Origin: Firmicutes bacterium CAG:341
GTDB taxonomy: Bacteria > Bacillota > Clostridia > Oscillospirales > Oscillospiraceae
DNA length: 64,000 nucleotides
Assembly (NCBI GenBank): GCA_963631875.1
Contig: CAVGSO010000001.1
Span: 16,494 to 80,493, forward strand
Direction: 5' to 3'
Part shown: one piece after another, positions 39,769-49,308 of the stretch
How the letters are laid out: the number at the start of each line of letters is the position of its first letter
Numbering within the stretch: the stretch's first letter is position 1
Program-made: the position numbers and the translations under genes
Notes under the pieces: model-generated
What the model saw: only the letters and a program-made list of their open reading frames with translations
Told to the model about the DNA's origin: nothing
Database searches by the model: none

Positions 39769-40692
39769 ATGAAACGATGGAGCTTTGCGGCGGCACTGCT
39801 GGCGGTGCTGACGCTTTTGTTGTGCGCCTGCGGCGCGAAGGAGGATAAGGCAGCGCAGACCGGCCTCACCGGGACCATGGTGGCGGCGGAGGGCGCGACC
39901 GGGCTGGTCGTCAGCGACGGCGAGCTGACGCTGCGCTTCACGCGCAGCGGCGAGGACTGGGTATGGGTGGACGACACGGATTTCCCGCTCGACCAGACCG
40001 CCGTGGCCGAGCTGCTGGCACTGCCGACCTCGATGGCCGCCGCCGAGGCGGTGACGACGCCGGGTGAGCTGGTCGATTACGGCCTCGACGCGACGAACAA
40101 GTACGTCACCGTGACGGCAGACGGCGCGGAGAGCACCGTTTACGTCGGCACACAGACCTCGGACGGACGCTGGTACGCCCTCACGCCGGACGGCGCGGTG
40201 CATCTGGCCGACAAGGCGGACGGCGAGGCACTCAGCCGGAGCATTTACAGCATGGCAATCCTGCCGGAGCTGCCGAAGCTGACGGCGGAGAATCTGCGCT
40301 CGGTGACACTGCGCGGCGCAGGGGAAACAGAGGAAACGGAGCTTACGTTCACAACGGATGAGAGCGGCGCGCGGCGCATCGGCACGAGGGACGTGACGGA
40401 GAAGACGGCTGCGCTCGTGAGCGAGCTGGGCAAGCTGACCGTCAGCTCGTGCGTAGACTACGACCCGGCGGAGGGCGCGGCGGAGGTCTGCGGCCTGGAC
40501 GCGCCGGAGGCGGCGGTTGAGATCACCTACCTTGATAACAAGGGCAGCGAGAAGACGATGACGCTCTCCGTGGGCAGCAGCACCGGGGACGGCGGGCGGT
40601 ACGTGCTGCTCGGCGGCGACACGACCATCTACCGCATGGAGGAGAGCGACCTTGCGCAGATCCTGACACTGTCGGCACTGGGACTTTCATAA
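39769..40692 (+). CDS. Putative lipoprotein of unknown function
   Basis: 307 aa. Lipobox LLLCAC. AAAGGAG RBS. Confidence 0.7.
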   Translation: MKRWSFAAALLAVLTLLLCACGAKEDKAAQTGLTGTMVAAEGATGLVVSDGELTLRFTRSGEDWVWVDDTDFPLDQTAVAELLALPTSMAAAEAVTTPGELVDYGLDATNKYVTVTADGAESTVYVGTQTSDGRWYALTPDGAVHLADKADGEALSRSIYSMAILPELPKLTAENLRSVTLRGAGETEETELTFTTDESGARRIGTRDVTEKTAALVSELGKLTVSSCVDYDPAEGAAEVCGLDAPEAAVEITYLDNKGSEKTMTLSVGSSTGDGGRYVLLGGDTTIYRMEESDLAQILTLSALGLS

Positions 40693-40713
40693 AACGGCGA
40701 AGGGGGCTTCGGG

Positions 40714-41397
40714 ATGCGTATCCTGATCGTGGAGGATGAAAAGCGGCTGGCATCGACGCTGGCGGAGCTGCTGCACCGTCAGGGCTACACGGCGGACGTG
40801 TGCAACGACGGTATCTCCGGGCTGGACAACGCCCGCACGGGGATCTACGACCTGCTGGTGCTGGACGCAATGCTGCCGGGGATGGACGGCTTTACACTGC
40901 TGCGCGAGCTGCGCGGCGGCGGGAGCAGTCTCCCGGTGCTGATGCTGACGGCGCGGAGCGAGCTGAGCGACCGCGTGCGCGGGCTGGACTGCGGCGCGGA
41001 CTACTACCTCACCAAGCCCTTTGAGACGGAGGAGCTGCTGGCCTGTATCCGCTCACTGCTGCGCCGAAGCGGCGAGGAGATGGGCGCAGACGGCGGGGAG
41101 ACGTCGTTCGGCGATTTGAAATTGCAGCAGTCCACGTTTCTGCTGCGCTGCGGCGAGCGCGAGGTGCGCCTGAGCCGCCGGGAGTACGACTTGATGGAGC
41201 TGCTGATGAAAAACGGCAGTCAGATTGTCACGAAGGAGCAGCTCATCCTCAAGGTGTGGGGCTACGACTCCGAGGCGGAGGACAACAATGTGGAGGTATA
41301 TATCTCCTTCCTGCGGCGCAAGCTGACGCATTTGCAGTCGAAGGTGCGCATTAAGACGCTGCGCCTCGTGGGCTACTGCTTGGAGGTGGAGGGATGA
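40714..41397 (+). CDS. OmpR/PhoB-family response regulator
   Basis: 227 aa. Motifs DLLVLDAMLPGMDG, LMLTA, winged-helix VEVYISFLRRKL. Confidence 0.9.
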   Translation: MRILIVEDEKRLASTLAELLHRQGYTADVCNDGISGLDNARTGIYDLLVLDAMLPGMDGFTLLRELRGGGSSLPVLMLTARSELSDRVRGLDCGADYYLTKPFETEELLACIRSLLRRSGEEMGADGGETSFGDLKLQQSTFLLRCGEREVRLSRREYDLMELLMKNGSQIVTKEQLILKVWGYDSEAEDNNVEVYISFLRRKLTHLQSKVRIKTLRLVGYCLEVEG

Positions 41398-42617
41398 TCC
41401 GCCATCTCCGCTGGAAGGTGGTCGCCACCAATATGCTGCTCATTTCGCTGGTGCTGCTGGCGGTGTTCGCGGCGGTGGTGCTGATCTCCCGGAGCAACTA
41501 TCGGAAGAACGTGCAGCAGCAGCTCCATCAGGCGTTGGAAAGCGGCGACTTCGGCTCGCGCCGGCCAGGCGCGGAGGGCATTCCCTGCTTCGTGGCGGAG
41601 GTGTATGCCAGCGGCACGGCCCGTGTGGCGGGCAACAGCTACTACGACCTGAATGACCAGACGCAGCTTGCTTCCATCATCACGGCAGCACTTTCGCAGG
41701 AGGAGGACACCGGGCTGCTGGCGGACTTCCACCTGCGCTATCTGCGGCAGACGGGCTACACCAGCACGAGCATTGCCTTCACGGACACCACGCTGGAAAG
41801 CACGACCATGCGCTCGCTGGCGGCGGTTTGCTCACTGGCCGGGTCGGCGGCACTGCTGGTGCTGTTTTTGTGCAGCTACCTGCTCTCGGGCGTGGTGACG
41901 CGCCCGGTCGGCGCGGCGTGGGCGCAGCAGGAGCAGTTTTTGTCCGACGCAAGCCACGAGCTGAAGACACCGCTGACGGTCATTCTGTCCTCGGCGGAGC
42001 TGCTCGGCCAGTCGGCACTGCCGGAGCAGGCGGTCTATCTCGACAACATCCGCTCGGAGAGCCGCCGCATGAAGCAGCTCGTGGAGGATATGCTGACGCT
42101 CTCGCGCACACAGCGCGGCGCGGAGACGATGCTTGAGCAGACGGCCGATCTTGCCGAGGTGGCGGTGACGGCCTCGCTGCGCTTTGAACCCGTGGCGTTC
42201 GAGGCCGGGCGGCGCTTGACCTACGACATTGCCGCCTCGCTCCCGGTGCGCGGGGACGCGGCGCGGCTGGGACAATCGTTGGCGGCACTGCTCGATAACG
42301 CGGTAAAATATTCGGCCAGCGGCACGGAGATACGGCTCAGCGCGCTCAAGCAGGGGCGTTTCGCCGTTGTAACGGTGGAAAACCGCGGCGCGGACATCCC
42401 GCCGGAGAAGCTGCCGCACATCTTTGACCGCTTCTTCCGCGCCGACGAGGCGCGGACGGACGGCGACAGCTTCGGGCTGGGACTGCCCATCGCCAAGGCG
42501 ATTGTCGAGGCACACCGCGGTACGCTGCGCTGCGAGAGCGGCGGCGGTGTCACGCGGTTTATCATCTCCCTGCCGCTCACGGCGGGAAAGCAGGAAAGAG
42601 GCGCAGAGCATGGTTGA
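41394..42617 (+). CDS. Sensor histidine kinase (HisKA + HATPase_c)
   Basis: 407 aa. H-box FLSDASHELKTPLT, N-box LLDNAVKY, G-box GLGLPIAK. ATGA overlap with the regulator gene. Confidence 0.9.
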   Translation: MIRHLRWKVVATNMLLISLVLLAVFAAVVLISRSNYRKNVQQQLHQALESGDFGSRRPGAEGIPCFVAEVYASGTARVAGNSYYDLNDQTQLASIITAALSQEEDTGLLADFHLRYLRQTGYTSTSIAFTDTTLESTTMRSLAAVCSLAGSAALLVLFLCSYLLSGVVTRPVGAAWAQQEQFLSDASHELKTPLTVILSSAELLGQSALPEQAVYLDNIRSESRRMKQLVEDMLTLSRTQRGAETMLEQTADLAEVAVTASLRFEPVAFEAGRRLTYDIAASLPVRGDAARLGQSLAALLDNAVKYSASGTEIRLSALKQGRFAVVTVENRGADIPPEKLPHIFDRFFRADEARTDGDSFGLGLPIAKAIVEAHRGTLRCESGGGVTRFIISLPLTAGKQERGAEHG

Positions 42618-44193
42618 GACACTGCTTCACGGCGGCACCGTCGTGGACGGCACGGGCCGCCCCGGCTTTCGCGCCGACGTGGCCATAGAGAACGGCAAAA
42701 TTTCCGCCGTCGGTGATTTGCGGGAATGCAGGGCGCGGCAGGTCATCGACTGCGCCGGACTGACGGTGACGCCGGGCTTTATCGACATTCACCGCCACGC
42801 GGATGCGGCGGCGTTTCGCCCCGGCTTCGGCGCGGCGGAGCTGTGCCAAGGGTTGACCACCATCGTCAACGGCAACTGCGGCCTTAGCTGTGCGCCGTTC
42901 GGAGACACGCATCGGCGGGAGATCGAGGACTACCTGCGTCCCATCACCGGGACGCTGCCGCCGGCGCTTCGGAGCGAGACGCTCTCTGATTATTTCGCCT
43001 CGCTGCCGCCGCTGCCGCTGCATATGGGCATGCTGGCGGGCGCGGGCGTGCTGCGCGCAGGCGCGGCGGGGTACGAGCTGGAGCATTTGGAGGACGGCCA
43101 CTACCGCGCCCTGCACCGCGCGCTGGAGCGGGCGCTGGCGGACGGCGCCCTCGGCGTATCGCTGGGACTGGGGTACGCGCCGGAGTGCTTCTACACGACA
43201 CAGGAGCTGATCCGCGCCTTGCAGCCCATCGCCGGGCAGGACGTCCCGCTGACGGTGCATATGCGGCAGGAGGGCGGCGGCGTGTGTGACTCGATCGAGG
43301 AAATGCTCACCGTGGCGCGGTCGCTGCGCGTGCCGCTGCACATCAGCCACCTCAAGGCGATGGGGCGCGACAACTGGGGGACGAAGATCCCGCGTGCGCT
43401 GGCGCTGCTGGAAAACGCGCGGCGCGAGGGGCTGGACGTGAGCTGCGACGTGTACCCCTACACCGCCGGCTCGACCCAGCTTCTCCACATTCTGCCGCCG
43501 GAATTCTTGGAGGGCGGCATGGACGCGGTGGTCGCGCGGCTTTCAGACCCGGCGGCGCGCAAGATACTGGCGCACCGTATCGAGTGCGGGGACGGGTTTG
43601 ACGACATTGCCAAGCTGGCAGGCTGGGACGGCATTTTCCTCACCAGCCTCCACTGCCCGGAGGATCAGGCGCTGCTCGGCAAGAGCGTGGCACAGGAGGC
43701 GGAGATGGAGCATAAGTCGCCGCTCGATGCGTGCTGCGATTTGCTGATACGGGAGCATTGTCAGGTGACGATGATCGACTTCATGGCCTCGGAGGAGGAC
43801 ATTGCGGCCATTTTGCAAAGCGATTTGAGCAGCCTGATCTCCGACGCGACCTACCCCACGGAGGGGCAGGTACACCCGCGGGTGTACGGGAGCTGCACGC
43901 GGCTTTTGGAGCATTTCGTCCGCGAAAAGCACACGCTGACGCTGCCGCAGGCCATCCACAAGCTGACGGGTGCGCCCGCGAGGGCGCTGCGCCTGCGGGG
44001 CAAGGGCGTGATCGAGGTGGGCGCGGACGCGGACGTATGCGTCTTCGACCCGGAGAAGCTGCACGAGCGCGGGACGTACCAAGCGCCGCGCCAGACGGCG
44101 CAGGGCATGACGGCGGTGCTGGTCGGCGGCTGTCTCGCCGTTCAAGACGGCGTTCCCACGAACAGCACGTCCGGTCGGGTGATACGGCGATAA
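42610..44193 (+). CDS. Amidohydrolase of the N-acyl-D-amino-acid deacylase (D-aminoacylase) family
   Basis: About 527 aa from the ATG at 42610. Motifs LLHGGTVVDGTG and PGFIDIHRHAD. Confidence 0.75.
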   Translation: MVETLLHGGTVVDGTGRPGFRADVAIENGKISAVGDLRECRARQVIDCAGLTVTPGFIDIHRHADAAAFRPGFGAAELCQGLTTIVNGNCGLSCAPFGDTHRREIEDYLRPITGTLPPALRSETLSDYFASLPPLPLHMGMLAGAGVLRAGAAGYELEHLEDGHYRALHRALERALADGALGVSLGLGYAPECFYTTQELIRALQPIAGQDVPLTVHMRQEGGGVCDSIEEMLTVARSLRVPLHISHLKAMGRDNWGTKIPRALALLENARREGLDVSCDVYPYTAGSTQLLHILPPEFLEGGMDAVVARLSDPAARKILAHRIECGDGFDDIAKLAGWDGIFLTSLHCPEDQALLGKSVAQEAEMEHKSPLDACCDLLIREHCQVTMIDFMASEEDIAAILQSDLSSLISDATYPTEGQVHPRVYGSCTRLLEHFVREKHTLTLPQAIHKLTGAPARALRLRGKGVIEVGADADVCVFDPEKLHERGTYQAPRQTAQGMTAVLVGGCLAVQDGVPTNSTSGRVIRR

Positions 44194-44218
44194 AACGAGA
44201 AGAAAAAGGAGAGAAACC

Positions 44219-44416
44219 ATGCGATTTCATGTGGTATGGCGCAAGCGCCACGAGCCGGAGACGGCGTACCGGGATTTTTTCGAGACGAACGACATCTTGG
44301 AGGCGAAGGATTTTGCCATGCGCCTCGCCTTTGACGAGACGAACTGCGTGTTCGTGCGCGACGAGAAGCGCGATGAGATCGTCCGCGACTTTGACGCGGA
44401 GGCTTACCGTCAATAA
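44219..44416 (+). CDS. Small hypothetical protein (65 aa)
   Basis: AAAGGAGAG RBS, followed by a strong terminator. No recognisable motif. Confidence 0.5.
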   Translation: MRFHVVWRKRHEPETAYRDFFETNDILEAKDFAMRLAFDETNCVFVRDEKRDEIVRDFDAEAYRQ

Positions 44417-44432
44417 TGCGCCGCTCATGCGC

Positions 44433-44487
44433 AAAAACGCGCACACCCTGCCGCCTGAGGCGGCAGGGTGTGCGCGTTTTATTTTTA
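44433..44487. terminator. Bidirectional rho-independent terminator
   Basis: 18-bp stem CGCGCACACCCTGCCGCC-TGAG-GGCGGCAGGGTGTGCGCG, flanked by AAAAA and TTTTATTTTT. Confidence 0.85.
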
Positions 44488-44509
44488 TGGAGGAGTTCCG
44501 GGGATTTTT

Positions 44510-45112
44510 TTACAGTGCACTCTTGATGCACGCGAGCAGGTCGTCAAATTCCTCGCAGCAGCGGATCTGCGGATAGTCCTGCCTGATCTTCTCCGGGCCG
44601 CGGAAGAGGAAGCCCGCCTTGCTGTAAAGGAGCATATCGAGATCGTTGTAGCTGTCGCCGCTGGCGATGGTGGTGTAGCCGATGGATTGCAGCGCCTTCA
44701 CCGTGGTCAGCTTGGAATGCTCGCAGCGCATGACGTGGTGGGTGATGTAGCCCTCCGCGTCGATCTTGAGGGTGTTGCACAGGAGCGTGGGGTAGCCGAG
44801 CTTCTTCATCAGCGGCATGGCGAACTGGTCGAAGGTGTCGCTGAGGATGAGCACCTGCGTCATGCTGCGCAGCTCGTCAAGAAAGTCCTTCGCGCCGGGC
44901 AGCGGGTCGATGCGGGCGATGGTGTCCTGAATTTGCGAGAGCTTGATGCCGCGGCTGCGGAGCAGGTCGATACGCCAGCGCATGAGCTTGTCGTAGTCCG
45001 GCTCGTCGCGGGTGGTACGGCGCAGCTCGGGAATGCCGATCTCGTCGGCAAAGGCGATCCATATTTCGGGGACGAGAACGCCCTCCATGTCTAAGCATAC
45101 GATTTTCATCAC
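44510..45112 (-). CDS. thrH: ThrH-type phosphoserine phosphatase / homoserine phosphotransferase (HAD family)
   Basis: 200 aa. Collinear with my recollection of Pseudomonas ThrH: CLDMEGVLVPEIWIAFA, ILSDTF, GDSYND. Confidence 0.8.
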   Translation of the reverse strand: MMKIVCLDMEGVLVPEIWIAFADEIGIPELRRTTRDEPDYDKLMRWRIDLLRSRGIKLSQIQDTIARIDPLPGAKDFLDELRSMTQVLILSDTFDQFAMPLMKKLGYPTLLCNTLKIDAEGYITHHVMRCEHSKLTTVKALQSIGYTTIASGDSYNDLDMLLYSKAGFLFRGPEKIRQDYPQIRCCEEFDDLLACIKSAL

Positions 45113-45135
45113 AGAATAACCTCTTTTCTTCTTTC

Positions 45136-46584
45136 TTATTTCAGAACCTCCGCCATGACGTAGTCCTCCATGGCGGTCTTGTCGATGACGTCCTTGTGCA
45201 GTACGCGCCGACCCTCCAAGCCGCGCAGGTTCGCGGGGATGGGCGCGCCCGTCAGCGCGTGGAGACGCTCCATCATATCAAACTCGCTGCCGCTCACGTC
45301 CTCGCCGAGTGCGCCCAGCACGGCGGCAGGGAACTTGTAGGGCGAGGCGGTGGACAGCACGACCATCGGCGCGTCCCCGGTCTGAGACTGCGCCACCGCC
45401 CATGCCACGGCGGTGTGCGGGTCGCAGAGGTAGTGCTGCTCGTGCCAGAGGCCGCCGATGACCTTGGCCGCGCCCGCGTCGTCACAGCAGCCGCAGCCGA
45501 AGTTGGCCTGCAGCTTCGCCAGCAGCGCGTCGCTGACCTGATACCAGCCCTGCTGCGAGAGCTGCTGCATGAGCGAGGCGACATCGTCCGCGTCGCCGCT
45601 GAGGAGGTACAAAAGCCGCTCCAAGTTGCTGGAGACGAGGATGTCCATGGAGGGGGAGGTGGTCTTGTAGAACGGCCTGCGGCGGTCGTAGCGGCCGGTG
45701 CGGAGGAACTCCGTGAGGACGTCGTTGGCGTTGCTGGCGCACACGAGCCGTCCCACGGGCAGCCCCATGCACTTGGCGAACCAGCCCGCCAAAATGTCGC
45801 CGAAGTTCCCGGTGGGGACGGTGAAGTCCACCTTGTCGCCGAGCTTGATACGCCCGGCGTTCACGAGATCGCCGTAGGCGCGGAAGTAATAGACGACCTG
45901 CGGCGCGAGGCGGCCGATGTTGATGGAGTTGGCGCTGGAGAGCATCGCGCCGTGCAGGTCCTTCCCCTGACAGTCGGCGAAGATGGCCTTGACTCCGGTC
46001 TGCGCATCGTCGAAATTGCCGCGCACGGCGCAGACCTTGACGTTGCTGCCGCTCTGCGTGGTCATCTGCGCTTGCTGGACGGCGGAGACGCCGCCGTCGG
46101 GGTAGAAAACGATGATGCGTGTCCCCGGTACGTCGTGGAAGCCCTCGAGCGCGGCCTTGCCGGTGTCGCCGGAGGTGGCGGTCAGGATGATGACGTCGCC
46201 CGTCATGCCCTCGGCCTTGGCCGCCGCGCCGATGAGGTGCGGCAGCACCGAGAGCGCGACATCCTTGAAGGCGGAGGTCGGGCCGTGGTACAGCTCCAAG
46301 ACGTACTTGTCCGCCACGGCGGTCAGCGGCGTGAGGTCGGCGGTGGGGAACTTATCCTTGTAGCTCGCGCGGACGAGGGCGGGCATATCGTCAAAGTCCG
46401 GCAGGAGGGCGTGGAGAATATCCGCGGCCATATCAAGCGTGGGCTTTGCGAGGGCGGCCTGCCAGTCAAAGTGCAGCGAGGCCGGGTCGCAGATATAGAG
46501 GCCGCCGTCCGGGGCGATGCCGTGCAGCACCGCGTGGGTGGAGGAGGCGGTGAGATGTTCGTTTCGTGTGCTGTGGTAGTTCAT
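45136..46584 (-). CDS. thrC: Threonine synthase
   Basis: About 482 aa from the ATG at 46584 (GGAGG RBS). Motifs YHSTRN, PTSAFKD (PLP lysine), ATSGDTG. Confidence 0.9.
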   Translation of the reverse strand: MNYHSTRNEHLTASSTHAVLHGIAPDGGLYICDPASLHFDWQAALAKPTLDMAADILHALLPDFDDMPALVRASYKDKFPTADLTPLTAVADKYVLELYHGPTSAFKDVALSVLPHLIGAAAKAEGMTGDVIILTATSGDTGKAALEGFHDVPGTRIIVFYPDGGVSAVQQAQMTTQSGSNVKVCAVRGNFDDAQTGVKAIFADCQGKDLHGAMLSSANSINIGRLAPQVVYYFRAYGDLVNAGRIKLGDKVDFTVPTGNFGDILAGWFAKCMGLPVGRLVCASNANDVLTEFLRTGRYDRRRPFYKTTSPSMDILVSSNLERLLYLLSGDADDVASLMQQLSQQGWYQVSDALLAKLQANFGCGCCDDAGAAKVIGGLWHEQHYLCDPHTAVAWAVAQSQTGDAPMVVLSTASPYKFPAAVLGALGEDVSGSEFDMMERLHALTGAPIPANLRGLEGRRVLHKDVIDKTAMEDYVMAEVLK

Positions 46585-46609
46585 GGGAAGTACCTCCGAA
46601 AATTTACTC

Positions 46610-46638
46610 TTGCATTTCTGATGAGTATATGATACACT
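46610..46638 (+). promoter_or_regulatory. Promoter for aspartokinase, overlapping a divergent thrC promoter
   Basis: TTGCAT, 17 nt, TACACT on the plus strand. The minus strand has TTGCTT, 17 nt, TATCAT in the same 60 nt. Confidence 0.5.
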
Positions 46639-46744
46639 GTCCCCAGCAAAAAAGCAAGTGTTTTTATACGGAAGACAAAACGAAAATTTTTGTCGCCGTG
46701 ATGAAAAGCTCTCACAGAAAATCCTACCGAAAGAGGCGAAGCTC

Positions 46745-48067
46745 ATGTTAAAAGTGGTAAAATTCGGCGGCTCATCCATGGCGGATGAGACGCAGTTTGC
46801 AAAGGTACGCTCCATCGTCGAGAGTGACCCCGGTCGGCGTGTGGTGGTCGTCAGTGCCGCAGGAAAGCGCGACAAGAACGACCATAAGATCACCGACCTG
46901 CTCTATCTCTGCCACGCGCACCTGCAATACGGGGTGAGCTGCGACACCGTCTATGAGATGGTGCGCAGCCGCTATTTGGAAATTCGGGACAGCCTGCACC
47001 TGAAGACACCGCTGGAGGCGGAATTTGACGCGCTCCGCGCCAAGATGGACAAGGGCATCAGCGCGGACGAGCTGGTCTCGCGCGGTGAATACTTCGCGGC
47101 GCGGCTGATGGCGGACTACCTCGGCTTTGAGTTTCTGGACAGCTCCCTGTGGCTGAAATTCAAGCTCGACGGCACGGTGGATGAGGAGGTAAGCTACGAG
47201 AGCCTCCGCCGCGCCGCCTCCGGGCGCAAGGTCGTTATCCCCGGCTTTTACGGCGTTATGCCCGACGGAAGCATTCACACGTTCTCGCGCGGCGGCAGCG
47301 ACATCACCGGAGCGTTGGCGGCGGCGGCGCTGGACGCGGATGTGTACGAGAACTGGACGGACGTGTCGGGCTTTTTGATGGCCGACCCGAAGATTGTGAA
47401 GGACCCGCGCCCCATCGAGCGCATCACCTACGCCGAGCTGCGTGAGCTGAGCTACATCGGCGCGCAGGTGCTGCACGAGGGGACGGTCTCCCCGGTGCGG
47501 GAGAAGAACATCCCGCTGAACATCCGCAACACGAACCAGCCCGACCACCCCGGCACGATGATCCGCGAGAGCTTTGACGAGACACGCGCCGACATGGAGC
47601 GCGGCAGCATGATCACCGGGATCGCGGGGAAGAAGGGCTTCTCCGTCATCACGCTGACGAAAAACGGGATGTCCTCCGAGCTGGGCGTTGTCCGACGGAT
47701 CTTGGAGGTGCTGGAGCGGTATAAGATCAACGTGGAGTACCTGCCGTCCGGCATTGACAGCGTCTCCCTCGTGGTGGAGACGGGCAAGAGCGCGCCGTAC
47801 ATCTATCAGGCGATGGGTGAGCTGGAAAAGGAGATCAAGCCCGACAGTCTGCACCTCAACGACAATATGGCCGTGGTGGCCGCCGTCGGGCGTAAGATGG
47901 CGTTCAAGCCCGGCTCGTCCGGCAAGATCTTCGGCAAGCTGGGTGAGAACGGGATCAACATCCGCATGATCACGCAGGGGCCGGAGGAGCTGAACATCAT
48001 CGTTGGCGTGGACAGCCCGGATTTTGAAAAGGCTATCCGCGTTCTGTACGACAGCTTTGTGAAGTAA
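46745..48067 (+). CDS. Aspartate kinase
   Basis: About 440 aa. Motifs VVKFGGSS and VVVVSA, plus C-terminal ACT repeats. Confidence 0.9.
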   Translation: MLKVVKFGGSSMADETQFAKVRSIVESDPGRRVVVVSAAGKRDKNDHKITDLLYLCHAHLQYGVSCDTVYEMVRSRYLEIRDSLHLKTPLEAEFDALRAKMDKGISADELVSRGEYFAARLMADYLGFEFLDSSLWLKFKLDGTVDEEVSYESLRRAASGRKVVIPGFYGVMPDGSIHTFSRGGSDITGALAAAALDADVYENWTDVSGFLMADPKIVKDPRPIERITYAELRELSYIGAQVLHEGTVSPVREKNIPLNIRNTNQPDHPGTMIRESFDETRADMERGSMITGIAGKKGFSVITLTKNGMSSELGVVRRILEVLERYKINVEYLPSGIDSVSLVVETGKSAPYIYQAMGELEKEIKPDSLHLNDNMAVVAAVGRKMAFKPGSSGKIFGKLGENGINIRMITQGPEELNIIVGVDSPDFEKAIRVLYDSFVK

Positions 48068-48240
48068 AGCGCGTCTCTTGCGCCCATACTTCGTTGCGCC
48101 GGCTTGACGTACACAAAGTACGCCTGCGCCGCCGCGCCTCGTCCGGACGCAAGATCCATCGCTTTACGCTTCTCTCGAAAAAACATACAGGCGGGCGGTC
48201 TGTCCGTCGGAAGTATAAAATCATAAAAGGAGTCATCACC

Positions 48241-49242
48241 ATGAAAAAATATAAGGTTGCCATTCTGGGCGCTACCGGGGCGGTGGGCCGCGAGATGATG
48301 AAGGTGCTGGCGGAGCGCGATTTCCCCGTCAGTGAGCTGCACCTGCTGGCGTCGGAGCGTTCGGCGGGTCAAGTGCTGCACTGGAACGGGCAGGAGATTG
48401 CCGTAGAGCCGGCCTGTGACGAGGCATTCAAGGGCATCGACATCGTCCTCGGCGCGGCGGAGAACGACATTGCCAAGCGTTTTGCGCCCGCCATCGTCAA
48501 GGCCGGGGCGGTGTTCGTGGACAACTCGAGCGCGTTCCGCCTCGACCCGGATGTGCCGCTGGTCATCCCGGAGATCAACCCGCAGGACGCGAAGAAGCAC
48601 AAGGGCATTATCGCCAACCCCAACTGCACGACCATCGTCAGCCTTGTGGCCATCAACGCGCTGAACCACGACAGCCCGATCGAGAGCATCATCGCCTCGA
48701 GCTATCAGGCGACGTCCGGCGCGGGCGCGGGCGGCCCGAAGGAGCTGATGGAGGAGGTCGAGCTGCTGCGCGAGGGCAAGGCGGTCGAGCCGAAGGTCTT
48801 CCAGTATCAGATCGCGTACAACGTCATTCCGCAGATCGGCGGCGAGGCGTTTGAAGGCTACACCTCCGAGGAGATGAAAATGCAGAACGAGGGGCGCAAG
48901 ATCATGCACCTGCCGGAGCTGAAGGTAAGCTGCACCTGCGTCCGCGTTCCCGTGGTGCGCAGTCACAGCGTGTCCATCGTGGTGCGGACGAAGGAGAAGA
49001 TCTCCGTTCAGCGCGCGCGGGAGCTGATCGCCGCCGCGCCGGGCTGCAAGCTGGTGGACGATCTGGCGAACAAGCGTTACCCCATGCCGCTGGAGACGAG
49101 CGATCAGGATCTCGTCTTTGTCGGGCGCATTCGGGACGACTTGACGAGCGACAATGGGCTGAACATCTGGTGCTGCGGCGATCAGGTACGCAAGGGCGCG
49201 GCAACGAACGCCGTGCAGATCGCACAGCTTTTGGTGGAGTAA
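48241..49242 (+). CDS. asd: Aspartate-semialdehyde dehydrogenase
   Basis: About 333 aa. Motifs VAILGATGAVG, NPNCTT (active-site Cys), VRVPVVRSHS. Confidence 0.9.
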   Translation: MKKYKVAILGATGAVGREMMKVLAERDFPVSELHLLASERSAGQVLHWNGQEIAVEPACDEAFKGIDIVLGAAENDIAKRFAPAIVKAGAVFVDNSSAFRLDPDVPLVIPEINPQDAKKHKGIIANPNCTTIVSLVAINALNHDSPIESIIASSYQATSGAGAGGPKELMEEVELLREGKAVEPKVFQYQIAYNVIPQIGGEAFEGYTSEEMKMQNEGRKIMHLPELKVSCTCVRVPVVRSHSVSIVVRTKEKISVQRARELIAAAPGCKLVDDLANKRYPMPLETSDQDLVFVGRIRDDLTSDNGLNIWCCGDQVRKGAATNAVQIAQLLVE

Positions 49243-49263
49243 ACGGATACATAAAAACGAAAC

Positions 49264-49294
49264 CCCCGCCCTCCGGCGTTGCCGGAGGGCGGGG
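49264..49294. terminator. Hairpin terminator between convergent asd and the LtaS-like gene
   Basis: 14-bp GC stem CCCCGCCCTCCGGC-GTT-GCCGGAGGGCGGGG. The U-tract is on the minus-strand side. Confidence 0.7.
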
Positions 49295-49308
49295 CTTCAT
49301 TATTCCCA

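Noticed and set aside
46639-46744. Possible riboswitch or T-box leader upstream of aspartokinase
   Set aside because: The leader is only about 100 nt with one small AT hairpin. It is too short and lacks the conserved cores of lysine, SAM or T-box elements.
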